Below are positions 1 to 8,567 of a DNA stretch of 64,000 nt, piece after piece. The DNA is taken from the IMG/VR virus record IMGVR_UViG_3300025133_009608, positions 248,001 to 312,000 of that record. One strand, written 5' to 3'. The position numbers were made by a program, and so were the translations under genes. Every line of letters begins with the position of its first letter. The stretch's first letter is position 1. The notes under the pieces are model-generated. The model was not told the origin of the DNA. It saw only the letters and a program-made list of their open reading frames with translations, and made no database searches.

Positions 1-2047
1 GAACCTCTTCTTCCGATATATGCTCGGAATGTAGGACGTATGAGCTCACAGCTTTCGAGATAAGCACATCTGGCAGGTGATTGTCCTTATTCGCCCTCAT
101 AACCTTCTCAAATCCGTAACTTCGTTCGTCGATCATTATTGTTTCAATATTTTTAGCAAGAAACCTCAAAGCAATTGGGGATAGCGCAGACATCCCAAGT
201 ACGGAAAAGAAAACACTACTGAGATTGTACTCTTTACCTTTCTCTTCCATATTGCTCAAAACACCGTCGACCAAGTTATGCTCCTCTCGACCGGCTAGGA
301 CTGCTATAACTTCATCCGGAGACCATAGGGCTCCGGAGTAATAATTATCCATTATCTTTTCAGTCTCGGCAATCATCCAATAATCGTCTGAATCTTCATA
401 ATCTATTGGAGCAAAATACTCATCCAGCCAATTACGAATATATGGTGCATACTTCTGTACCGGAGGGGCGTTTTCCTTTCCCTTTATTTGATGCACATTT
501 CTGCCCGATGAGCCTCCCACCTCTATTGTCACGTGAGGCTCATTCTTGGCGTCTCTTAGAGAATAGATCTTAAGGCGCCCAATGATGATGTCATCGCAAT
601 AGCCCCCAACGCAGTGCCCCATGTTGCGACCCTCGGTTTCGACATCCTCGGGCGGGACAAGAACCATCGTGTATCCGTCCCCAAAATCATGATGAACATT
701 TTTTGTATTATATTCGCCAACTTCAATAGCCGGAACAAACTGCTCGTGCCACTTTTCGGCAGCCTGGATCATGGTCTGCGCGGAAATACTCTGCCATGGG
801 CCCATTCCCGGCTCAGGGAACGCATCCAGAGAGTTCACATAATCCTTAATTTGAATTAAAACCAGCCGTGGCGATGCCGCTTCATTCATATTAATGTTCG
901 CCAGCCACTTAATAAATGGCTTTCTATTCTTATGGGGCAACAGGTCATCACCGACGAGGGCAATGGCATTTAATGCCGATCTATTAAAAATTGGTCCATC
1001 CTCTGCCCTCTCGGAAAGGCTCTCAAAATAAGATCGAGGATCTTGCTCCGGGCTCTTTGCGATCTGCTTTTGCAATGACTTTATATTAATCTTTTTTAGA
1101 TACTCCTTATCTGCCTGTGCGGCAACCTTGTGCAGCTTTTCTATCTGGCCCATCCGGCCTCTTTCGCTTTCGCAAGCTCTAATTATTGATATATCTTTTG
1201 CCTCTTTCTTGAAGCCATTACTCCGAAGCCATTTCGACAGCCTATCTAGAGCATAATCAGGCTCATCTGGCCACTCATCCGGATCGAACTCAGACCACTG
1301 CTCATTTAGCGAAATATATTTAGATGGTATGTGACCATTGATAATTATTGTATCGTGATCAACTCCGTCATTAGCCGCCTCAGAATCAGAATACTCCACC
1401 CCCAGAGCCCAGGCTATGGAGTTTATCATTTTTTCTCTATAAATAGCCGGCTCCATCTCTATAACAGGGAGCTCTTCATTCTTTTGCTCATAATCTTTGC
1501 GCATCGCGCTTAAATCTATTTCAAATATATAGTCGCCATAAGAGTCAATTGCTTCTGGATTGAAGCTTGCGAAAATAGCACTTCCAACCCAGCGATTTGA
1601 AAGCCCCCTCGTCTTGCTCATTGGAGATAGCCCTTCTCGCATAATTGATTTAACATTCTCTCCTGGAGTTGCGTGATAGGCTATTCCGGCAAAGTAATCC
1701 TCCTGATAATTCTCCTCGTCAACGTAGTCTTCTGGGGAAATGTTATAAATCCAATGATTCGCGTCTTCGGAGCCGCTTATATTTTCACCGTCCATGTCAG
1801 CAACATGTTTGTCGCCCCGCCAGCCAAATGCATAAATTTTACTCAGGCCCTCTTTTTCGTTCGTAAGATCTATAACTTCCGTGGATCCACCGTCCTTATT
1901 TATAAGCTCAGAAAACCTACTCCAATTAAGCGCCTCATACCCCCCTATCACGTCCTCAAGGATCCCGAGCTCTTCCTCGGTCAAGCCTTCTGGTTTCATG
2001 GCAGCTTTAAATAGACTTTTAACTCTTAATCGCCTAAAGCTTCTCAT
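1..2047 (-). CDS. Polyvalent protein A (partial, runs off left edge): ADP-ribosyltransferase-fold domain + PcfJ-like domain
   Basis: Not in the supplied track. Translated by hand from ATG 2047 (ATGA overlap with the stop at 2044-2046) to base 1 with no stop (>680 aa). Starts MRSFRRLRVKSLFKAA. ART-like YHATPGENVKSIMREGLSP...SAIFAS...YIFEIDL. Internal RMGQIEKLHKVAA. PcfJ-like EGRNMGHCVGGY...IYSLRDAKNEPHVTIEV. Confidence 0.85.
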   Translation of the reverse strand, partial: MRSFRRLRVKSLFKAAMKPEGLTEEELGILEDVIGGYEALNWSRFSELINKDGGSTEVIDLTNEKEGLSKIYAFGWRGDKHVADMDGENISGSEDANHWIYNISPEDYVDEENYQEDYFAGIAYHATPGENVKSIMREGLSPMSKTRGLSNRWVGSAIFASFNPEAIDSYGDYIFEIDLSAMRKDYEQKNEELPVIEMEPAIYREKMINSIAWALGVEYSDSEAANDGVDHDTIIINGHIPSKYISLNEQWSEFDPDEWPDEPDYALDRLSKWLRSNGFKKEAKDISIIRACESERGRMGQIEKLHKVAAQADKEYLKKINIKSLQKQIAKSPEQDPRSYFESLSERAEDGPIFNRSALNAIALVGDDLLPHKNRKPFIKWLANINMNEAASPRLVLIQIKDYVNSLDAFPEPGMGPWQSISAQTMIQAAEKWHEQFVPAIEVGEYNTKNVHHDFGDGYTMVLVPPEDVETEGRNMGHCVGGYCDDIIIGRLKIYSLRDAKNEPHVTIEVGGSSGRNVHQIKGKENAPPVQKYAPYIRNWLDEYFAPIDYEDSDDYWMIAETEKIMDNYYSGALWSPDEVIAVLAGREEHNLVDGVLSNMEEKGKEYNLSSVFFSVLGMSALSPIALRFLAKNIETIMIDERSYGFEKVMRANKDNHLPDVLISKAVSSYVLHSEHISEEEV

Positions 2048-2484
2048 TGCCCCCTCCAGTACATTATCAGGGCAGGTACATGCGTCATTCCAAGCTCTAT
2101 GGCCGCTGCGAGTCGATGACGACCACTAACGAGCTTATAGCTTCTATTTCCCCATGAACTTTTCCATAATGTTACCGGAGGAAGCGGAACCCCACTCATC
2201 ATTTTATCTTTCAGCTCATTCGTCCAGATCCTTCCATATTCTTCTTGTTTTTTTGCCAAATTTATTGGAGCATTATAATCAAACTCTTCGACCGAGATAA
2301 TTTCAATTCCGTCGCCAAACAAATCCTCCTTCCTATCTTCGGGCCCCAAAAACTGCTGCACTTCCCCCTGGGCATCATGCATTTCCCTGTCTACAGATGA
2401 GTGGTCAGCTTCCCATGTGACTCGCTCTACGGCTTCGGCGATCTTAAGGAATCTTTTTAATTGCATTTTTCTGCAGCCCTTCAT
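2044..2484 (-). CDS. ParB/sulfiredoxin-like domain protein with N-terminal motif leader
   Basis: PPVTLW...YKLVSGRHRLAAAIELGMTHVPALI is a ParB/Srx G-x-H-R signature; leader RKMQLKRFLKIA. Confidence 0.75.
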   Translation of the reverse strand: MKGCRKMQLKRFLKIAEAVERVTWEADHSSVDREMHDAQGEVQQFLGPEDRKEDLFGDGIEIISVEEFDYNAPINLAKKQEEYGRIWTNELKDKMMSGVPLPPVTLWKSSWGNRSYKLVSGRHRLAAAIELGMTHVPALIMYWRGQ

Positions 2485-4958
2485 TCCAAGACATCCTTAT
2501 ATCCAGCGACCCATGAATCATCCTGCTCTATGTTTTGCATTTGATTTTTAGAAATCATTATCCAAATATACTTCTCTCCGGCATTGATTGCCGCAAAGGC
2601 CCTATGATTCCCATCTCGAATTTGGAATGTAAATTTGCCCAGATCTCCCCCTCCAGACTCCTCTGCTTTTTTCAACTGCAATTCTAACTCATCTTTGAGC
2701 TCGTTATATGAGCTTTTGATTATCTCATATTCGTCATCATATTCTGCATTGTTATTTAAGTATTCTTCTTTATCCTTCAAATATTCATCTAGATCTTCAT
2801 CTCCAGTTGTTAATGGCGCATGGCCGTAATCTTCCTGGTACTGTATCGACTCTTCAACCTCGCTGAGTCCGACTTTTGACATCTCGCCATATGGCGCGTA
2901 AAGAATCACCTTTTCTGGAGATGAATTTATCTTGTCGGCCAATTGAGAAATCTTCTCATCGTAAAATACATTCCCTTGGATTGGATAAACATAATGAGAA
3001 TCCGCCCTTACCATCTTTCCGGAGTCTCCAATCCAAATTACATTTTGCCCATGATATAGATTGTCAAATTCTGTTTCGCGCTCGATCTCATCTGAATCTA
3101 AATCTGGATAAAAATCTTCACGGTATTCCGCATATTGATCCGGCTGGCGCCAAAGCGGACCTTCGTCGCGGGGGACTGCGAGCTTGAGCAGCTGATTTAA
3201 TGTTTTTAATTCTGCATATCTTTTCGAATATGCCGTAGCGGCAGTTTCCCCCACGCCCGATCCAACAAGCAGTTCGAGAATCATATCGCTGCGGTCTGGA
3301 TTATCCCTCCTGAGCTCGCTATAAAAGTCAACCATTTTAGTGACCTTCTCGGGGGGTACATTATTTATCTTCGCTACCATATTTGTGAATTCTTCGTCCG
3401 AATAATTTGGCTTAGACAGATCGTAACCCACATCCGAAAGCCTCCTCTCAGATCCATATGGCTGATCTTTCCGGGGAACAACTTTCAGGCCTAATTTTAG
3501 AAATTCTTCTCGCGAATACCAAACCGGATCCTTGCCATACTCTTTGTGTCTTATTCTCTTTATTTGCCTCGGAGAAACAAGGCCTCTCAATAATGCTTGA
3601 GGCTCGCCTCCCTGGGTCCAGGTTAGAGACAGATGTGGCCTAAAGCTATCTGGAAACTTTTTACCTGCCATCTCGGATCTGGCTTTCACTTCGGCGTTAT
3701 GCCAATCGACAGAATGGGCATGCGGATCGCTTTTTCTTCCTATATTCCCAGAATAATCAACTCCATGAAGAAATTTGGCCCTTACATCAATCTCTAGAAT
3801 TATCTGCCCATAGCTTGCAAACTTATCCGCCGCCTCTTCGGTTGGGGCCACGAAAATACCCGCGTGTCTCGGGCCGCTATAAAGCCTTGGCATAATCTTA
3901 TTTGCGTCAAATCCATTAATCATTTCGTAGCAATCCGCCAGGGTTGTGCCATGGAAAACTGTTATGATATCATTTGGACGAACATTGTTGACATCCATTT
4001 CTTCTGATATTTTAAAAATTTGACCCAAACGAACCTTCCTGGAAGACTCTTTGTCGCCCAAAGACTCGACCATATAAGAGTGAAGGCCTCGGCGATCTTC
4101 TTTATCTTCCATTTTTTGCCGCGCATATTCTGATTTATACCTCCTGTCGAAGGGGCTCTCCTCGAACCCCTCTTCGACTCGGCTTAGCATATCGGAATGA
4201 GTGGACCTTCCCATGGATGAGTCCGGCCTATAGTCTACAAAGGAAACAAACCTTCTTCCTTCTAATTGGTTATTTCTAACAAAGGTGTCGATTATTGCCG
4301 ACAACGCGTTGATCGAAGAATCATAAGACTCTCCGCCAAATGGCAGTTTATAGCTTTTATCGTACTTCTCCTTCCACTTTTTCGCCGTCATTCCGGTCCG
4401 CAAATAATCATCTTTAAATAATCCCGGATTGTCATAGGCCGGGAAGTCATTCCACATATCCTCCGGCACAACTCCGAGCGGCTCACTTACCGTGACGAAA
4501 AATACAGAATCATCCAGTTCACCGGATTCGACCTGTTTTCTTATTTTATTATATGCCTTATAATATTCGCTAGTATTGCAGCGACCATGGCCCCAAGGCT
4601 TTGTTGACGCGCATGGAACCAGGGCGATTGTCTTGTATTCTTCGGGGATTTTATAGTTTCGCATTTTTTCATGCCACTCTATAATTTCCGGCTGAGATAG
4701 AAGCCCAACGGTTTCTCCGGGAGTATATGCAACAAGATCTGGGTTTAATCTGAAATCTTTATCGCCATAACCTTTGGTTTTTTTATCCAAAAGATGTTGG
4801 CGTAATTCTGGCCAATTCTCCTCAGATATGTATGGCTTTTTTCCTTCATTATCCGAGCCCAATTGGGCTCTTTCAAATTCTGATAGCTCAATTTTTGGGC
4901 GATCGGCAGAAGACTGCTTAAAGAGTCTTTTTAGATGTAATTTTCTAAAACTTTTCAT
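2481..4958 (-). CDS. Polyvalent protein C: DUF5591-like domain + ART-fold domain + ParB/Srx-like domain
   Basis: LVPCASTKPW...FVTVSEPLGVVPEDMWNDFPAYDNPGLF (DUF5591/ArcS-like); VFHGTT...GIFVAPT...ILEIDV (ART fold); IRDGNHRAFAAINAG (ParB). Modules are separated by copies of the repeated motif. Confidence 0.75.
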   Translation of the reverse strand: MKSFRKLHLKRLFKQSSADRPKIELSEFERAQLGSDNEGKKPYISEENWPELRQHLLDKKTKGYGDKDFRLNPDLVAYTPGETVGLLSQPEIIEWHEKMRNYKIPEEYKTIALVPCASTKPWGHGRCNTSEYYKAYNKIRKQVESGELDDSVFFVTVSEPLGVVPEDMWNDFPAYDNPGLFKDDYLRTGMTAKKWKEKYDKSYKLPFGGESYDSSINALSAIIDTFVRNNQLEGRRFVSFVDYRPDSSMGRSTHSDMLSRVEEGFEESPFDRRYKSEYARQKMEDKEDRRGLHSYMVESLGDKESSRKVRLGQIFKISEEMDVNNVRPNDIITVFHGTTLADCYEMINGFDANKIMPRLYSGPRHAGIFVAPTEEAADKFASYGQIILEIDVRAKFLHGVDYSGNIGRKSDPHAHSVDWHNAEVKARSEMAGKKFPDSFRPHLSLTWTQGGEPQALLRGLVSPRQIKRIRHKEYGKDPVWYSREEFLKLGLKVVPRKDQPYGSERRLSDVGYDLSKPNYSDEEFTNMVAKINNVPPEKVTKMVDFYSELRRDNPDRSDMILELLVGSGVGETAATAYSKRYAELKTLNQLLKLAVPRDEGPLWRQPDQYAEYREDFYPDLDSDEIERETEFDNLYHGQNVIWIGDSGKMVRADSHYVYPIQGNVFYDEKISQLADKINSSPEKVILYAPYGEMSKVGLSEVEESIQYQEDYGHAPLTTGDEDLDEYLKDKEEYLNNNAEYDDEYEIIKSSYNELKDELELQLKKAEESGGGDLGKFTFQIRDGNHRAFAAINAGEKYIWIMISKNQMQNIEQDDSWVAGYKDVLE

Positions 4959-5314
4959 TGTTTCTCAATCTTAATTACCATTACATTATTAGGATCGAAT
5001 ATTACCCAATTTCCATCCAAATAAATGGAATCAAACCCTTGCTCTTGAATTTGCTGCAGGTAAAGCTTGTCATATTCGCCCCATCCGGCGGTTCTGCCAA
5101 CTGATAGTTCGACTTCCATTATATATTTTGATGATATAGCCCCAGATTCACCATTTAATATTTTATCTTTATCTTCGTGGAACCACATAACGCCCTGAGC
5201 TCCCATGCTGGGATCGAAAACATGAATAGGAACATTGCTACCATGATAGGCAGTAACTACTTCCTTGTCGGCTGCGATTTTATGCAAACTTGTTATTTTG
5301 CTAAAACGATTCAC
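4955..5314 (-). CDS. Small ADP-ribosyltransferase-fold protein (ART-PolyVal-like) with motif leader
   Basis: GTG start; leader RFSKITSLHKIA; AYHGSN...F...QGVMWFHED...QGFDSIYL...WVIFDPNNV pattern. Confidence 0.7.
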   Translation of the reverse strand: MNRFSKITSLHKIAADKEVVTAYHGSNVPIHVFDPSMGAQGVMWFHEDKDKILNGESGAISSKYIMEVELSVGRTAGWGEYDKLYLQQIQEQGFDSIYLDGNWVIFDPNNVMVIKIEKQ

Positions 5315-5328
5315 TTTAACCTAGTCCT

Positions 5329-5357
5329 TACGCTTGAAGAGCATTGATTATCAATAG
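5329..5357 (-). promoter_or_regulatory. Candidate phage promoter/regulatory elements upstream of ORF 4955-5314 (CTATTGATAATCAA and TTCAAGCGTA)
   Basis: CTATTGATAATCAA (5344-5357) matches 34083-34096 at 13/14; TTCAAGCGTA (5329-5338) is identical to 11977-11986. Both lie in short intergenic gaps. Confidence 0.45.
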
Positions 5358-5363
5358 AAATTT

Positions 5364-7187
5364 TCACTCAACGGAAACGGATTTTGCCAAATTACGAGGC
5401 ATATCGACCGAACAGCCCCTCTCTATTGCCAAATAGTACGAAAATAATTGACATGGAACCAAAAACATCAGTGGATTCAAAACTTTATTCGAGCAAGTTG
5501 GAATTTCAATGTAGTCATCAACAATATTTCGTAGCTCATCAGAGCATTTATCTTCGAATATCCCGATCACCGTTCCTTTCCTTGCCTTTATCTCTCTAAT
5601 ATTTGAAATCATTTTCTCCTCAGATGCATCAGCGGAAACCAGCGCTAATGTTGGCATTTCTTCCGAAATCAAGGCCAGAGGCCCGTGCTTCAACTCAGCA
5701 GCGGAGTATCCTTCGGCGTGAATATAGCTTATTTCTTTTATTTTCAATGCAGCCTCTTTTGCGACCACTTCTAATGGCCCTCGGCCGATCGTTAGCATGT
5801 TATTATATTTTGCATATTTTTTGGCCAACACCTTGAGTTTGTCGGCAGACTCAAGCGCTCCAAGCATAGCGCCCGGAAGACTTTTAAACTCAGACAGCAA
5901 AGACTCGTAACTTAGTCGAGCAAAATCTCTTTTTGCCCCGATCATTGCAGCCATAGCTAGCATCGCTGTTATTTGGTTCATAACAGCCTTGGTCGATGCC
6001 ACAGACACCTCTTTTCCTGCACGAATATATATTCCTGCGTCGACCATCTTTGAAATTGTAGAATTTGGAACATTTACAATTCCAACATTTAATGCCCCAT
6101 GGTTCTTAAATGCCTTTATGCATCCAATTGTATCCGCTGTTTCTCCGGACTGAGAAACTGACACCAAAACCGTTCCGCCCGTAACAACTGCGTTGTAATA
6201 TTTCAATTCACCGGCAGGAATCGCTCTGGTTCTTATTCTTGCGATTGTTTCCATCGCCATCGCTCCGATTTGCGCAGCATAAAATGCCGATCCGCATCCG
6301 GTAAATATTATCTCTTCTGCTTCTAGCAGATTATTAACAACAGAATCAATCCCGCCAATTCTAATTTCGTCATCGCAAACTCTCCCCGTAATAGCCGTCC
6401 TCAAGTAGTCCGGCTGTTCGAATATTTCTTTTTCCAAAAAATGAGCATAATCACCCAAATGATATTGTGACTCTACAAGTTCTACTTTTTCAAACTTCGC
6501 GTCTACTCCCGCCCCGTCTAAAGCGTGCATCTTTACCGCCCCACCTCGGGCGATTATCGCCAAACGGTTGTCTGCCATTGTAACTACATTATCTGCACCG
6601 GACGGCAGAGATCCGAAATCAGAGGATATAAATATATTATCATCCGAATCCTTAGCGATGCAGGCGGGGGAGCCTAGTCTGGCGACAAAAAGCCTATCCT
6701 TATGATCCAAATGTGTGAATACCATTGCATATGCTCCACGTATCGATCTAAGGGCGGCAATTATGGCATCTTTTATATCTAAATTTGCAGAATAAAACTG
6801 AATTAAGTTTGGAACTATTTCGCTATCCGTATCCGAGGCAAACTTAAACCCCTCCTTTTCGAGGAAGCTCTTTAGCTCGGCATAATTTTCAATAATTCCA
6901 TTATGTACCAAGGCAATTTTTTTATCATTTGAAAAATGAGGATGAGAATTAACTATACTTGGGACTCCGTGTGTTGCCCATCTATTATGCCCGAATGATA
7001 ATCCAAATGATTCGGCCTCTTCGGCTAATAGCTCCGGGTGACCTACGCACTTTTCGATCAAAAACTCACTATTTACTACCGAGACGATTCCAGCGGAATC
7101 ATATCCGCGGTAAGCAAGCCGCTCCAGCCCCGATCTCACTATGTCATATGAATTTTCATCTCCAATATATCCAAATATTCCACACAT
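5364..7187 (-). CDS. glmS: Glutamine--fructose-6-phosphate aminotransferase (isomerizing)
   Basis: N-terminal MCGIFGY, YRGYDSAG, GHNRWATHG, HNGIIEN, SDTDSE, SQSGETADT, ELKHGPLAL and C-terminal PRNLAKSVSVE; 607 aa. Confidence 0.97.
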   Translation of the reverse strand: MCGIFGYIGDENSYDIVRSGLERLAYRGYDSAGIVSVVNSEFLIEKCVGHPELLAEEAESFGLSFGHNRWATHGVPSIVNSHPHFSNDKKIALVHNGIIENYAELKSFLEKEGFKFASDTDSEIVPNLIQFYSANLDIKDAIIAALRSIRGAYAMVFTHLDHKDRLFVARLGSPACIAKDSDDNIFISSDFGSLPSGADNVVTMADNRLAIIARGGAVKMHALDGAGVDAKFEKVELVESQYHLGDYAHFLEKEIFEQPDYLRTAITGRVCDDEIRIGGIDSVVNNLLEAEEIIFTGCGSAFYAAQIGAMAMETIARIRTRAIPAGELKYYNAVVTGGTVLVSVSQSGETADTIGCIKAFKNHGALNVGIVNVPNSTISKMVDAGIYIRAGKEVSVASTKAVMNQITAMLAMAAMIGAKRDFARLSYESLLSEFKSLPGAMLGALESADKLKVLAKKYAKYNNMLTIGRGPLEVVAKEAALKIKEISYIHAEGYSAAELKHGPLALISEEMPTLALVSADASEEKMISNIREIKARKGTVIGIFEDKCSDELRNIVDDYIEIPTCSNKVLNPLMFLVPCQLFSYYLAIERGCSVDMPRNLAKSVSVE

Positions 7188-7222
7188 GCTTTTTCCCTCC
7201 GGGTTTCGTAATATCCCTTTAA

Positions 7223-7230
7223 ATTAATAG
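7223..7230 (-). promoter_or_regulatory. CTATTAAT motif upstream of glmS (candidate late-promoter core)
   Basis: Same core as the intergenic motifs at 5344-5357 and 34083-34096; GGAGG-like RBS precedes the glmS ATG. Confidence 0.35.
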
Positions 7231-7261
7231 CTAATTTTTAAATATATTGCGGAGGCTAAAA

Positions 7262-8020
7262 ATGAAACCAGTTAAATGCTATGACGATCTAGACTACATT
7301 CGAGGAAAGGACGCTAGACATATTCGGATACTACTAGAGCACGAACAGGTCAAAACGAGATTGAAGGACAACAATGTGGAAAATACAGTTGTAATTTTCG
7401 GGTCAGCAAGGACGCTTCCGCCATTAGACTTGACGTCAAAAGCTGAAGATGCTCATTTTGCAAAAGATAAAGAATTTAAAAAACAACTTTCCCAGTCGAG
7501 GTACTACGAAGAGTGCATGAAGTTGTCTGGAGACCTGATTGGGTGGTCTGATAAAAACAAGACAAATATGCATATATGCTCGGGAGGCGGCCCTGGAATT
7601 ATGGAGGCCGCCAATAAGGGTGCATTTTTGGCCAATCCAAATAAAAGTATCGGATATGGAATATCCCTCCCATTTGAGGCAGAAAATAACGAATACATCA
7701 CAGAAAATTTAAGCTTCGAGTTTCATTACTTCTTTATTCGCAAATTTTGGCTCACATATCATGCAAGAGCCGTTGTGGCCATGCCCGGTGGATTTGGAAC
7801 TATGGACGAAATATTCGAGATTCTAACACTAGTACAGTGCCAGAAAATGCCAAAAGTTCCAATAGTCCTATATGGTAAAGATTATTGGAATTCTATTTTG
7901 AACCTTCAGGCATTTGCGGACCACGGAGTGATCTCGGAAGAAGATCTGAATTTATTTAAAATATGCGACACCCCGGAAGAGGCTCTGGAGTACTTGACGA
8001 AAAGCATGGAGCTGACGTAA
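7262..8020 (+). CDS. LOG-family (TIGR00730-like) nucleotide phosphoribohydrolase
   Basis: VVIFGSART, SGGGPGIMEAANKGA, FHYFFIRKFWL, PGGFGTMDE. GGAGG RBS at 7251-7255 supports ATG 7262 rather than the track's 7247. Only convincing plus-strand gene. Confidence 0.9.
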   Translation: MKPVKCYDDLDYIRGKDARHIRILLEHEQVKTRLKDNNVENTVVIFGSARTLPPLDLTSKAEDAHFAKDKEFKKQLSQSRYYEECMKLSGDLIGWSDKNKTNMHICSGGGPGIMEAANKGAFLANPNKSIGYGISLPFEAENNEYITENLSFEFHYFFIRKFWLTYHARAVVAMPGGFGTMDEIFEILTLVQCQKMPKVPIVLYGKDYWNSILNLQAFADHGVISEEDLNLFKICDTPEEALEYLTKSMELT

Positions 8021-8024
8021 ATAT

Positions 8025-8387
8025 TTACTCTCCCTCTTTCGTCTCCGGAAGTTTATTATCCTTGGTGCCGTCAATATTGTATGTTATTTGCTCTCCATCT
8101 TCAAAGGTAATAATGGTGCCATTTATTAAATGCGAAGTAATATGAATGCTTACGAAGTCGTTCATTGAGTCGAATACCGCGATCGATCCGCGAGGTGAGG
8201 GCGAGAGCCAGTGAAGCATTACCTGTCCTGTTGCCAATAACGCCCCCTCGACTATGACTCCCGTTCCTGATATCCCCGTTTCGTCATTTTGGCGGCAGAC
8301 CGTAAAGGTTCTTATGCCCCTAGGAGCAAGTCTCGCTGGAGGGCGCGGCTTCAGATCCTCGTCCTCTGCTTTTTTCTCATCTTCCAT
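8025..8387 (-). CDS. Conserved phage hypothetical protein
   Basis: RTFTVCRQNDETGISGTGVIVEG...G...LHWLS...GSIAVFDS...IH pattern recalled from small phage hypothetical proteins; ATG directly follows the TAA of the upstream ORF. Confidence 0.65.
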   Translation of the reverse strand: MEDEKKAEDEDLKPRPPARLAPRGIRTFTVCRQNDETGISGTGVIVEGALLATGQVMLHWLSPSPRGSIAVFDSMNDFVSIHITSHLINGTIITFEDGEQITYNIDGTKDNKLPETKEGE

Positions 8388-8567
8388 TTAGGCCTCTGCC
8401 GCAGGAGACATGCTGTGTACCGCAAGGGTCTCTATCGCATCCTCTTCTGCTGCCTTTATTTCATCCATCATTTCCCAAACGCTAGCGTTTTCGTCCATAA
8501 GTCTTTCGTTTTCTTTTTCTAGTTCTTTTATCTTGGCGTACGGCCTAAATATGTCTCTAAATTTCAT
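8388..8567 (-). CDS. Small (59-aa) coiled-coil hypothetical protein
   Basis: Below the track length cutoff. MKFRDIFRPYAKIKELEKENERLMDENASVWEMMDEIKAAEEDAIETLAVHSMSPAAEA. ATGA overlap with the upstream stop, abuts the downstream ATG and fills the gap exactly. Confidence 0.7.
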   Translation of the reverse strand: MKFRDIFRPYAKIKELEKENERLMDENASVWEMMDEIKAAEEDAIETLAVHSMSPAAEA

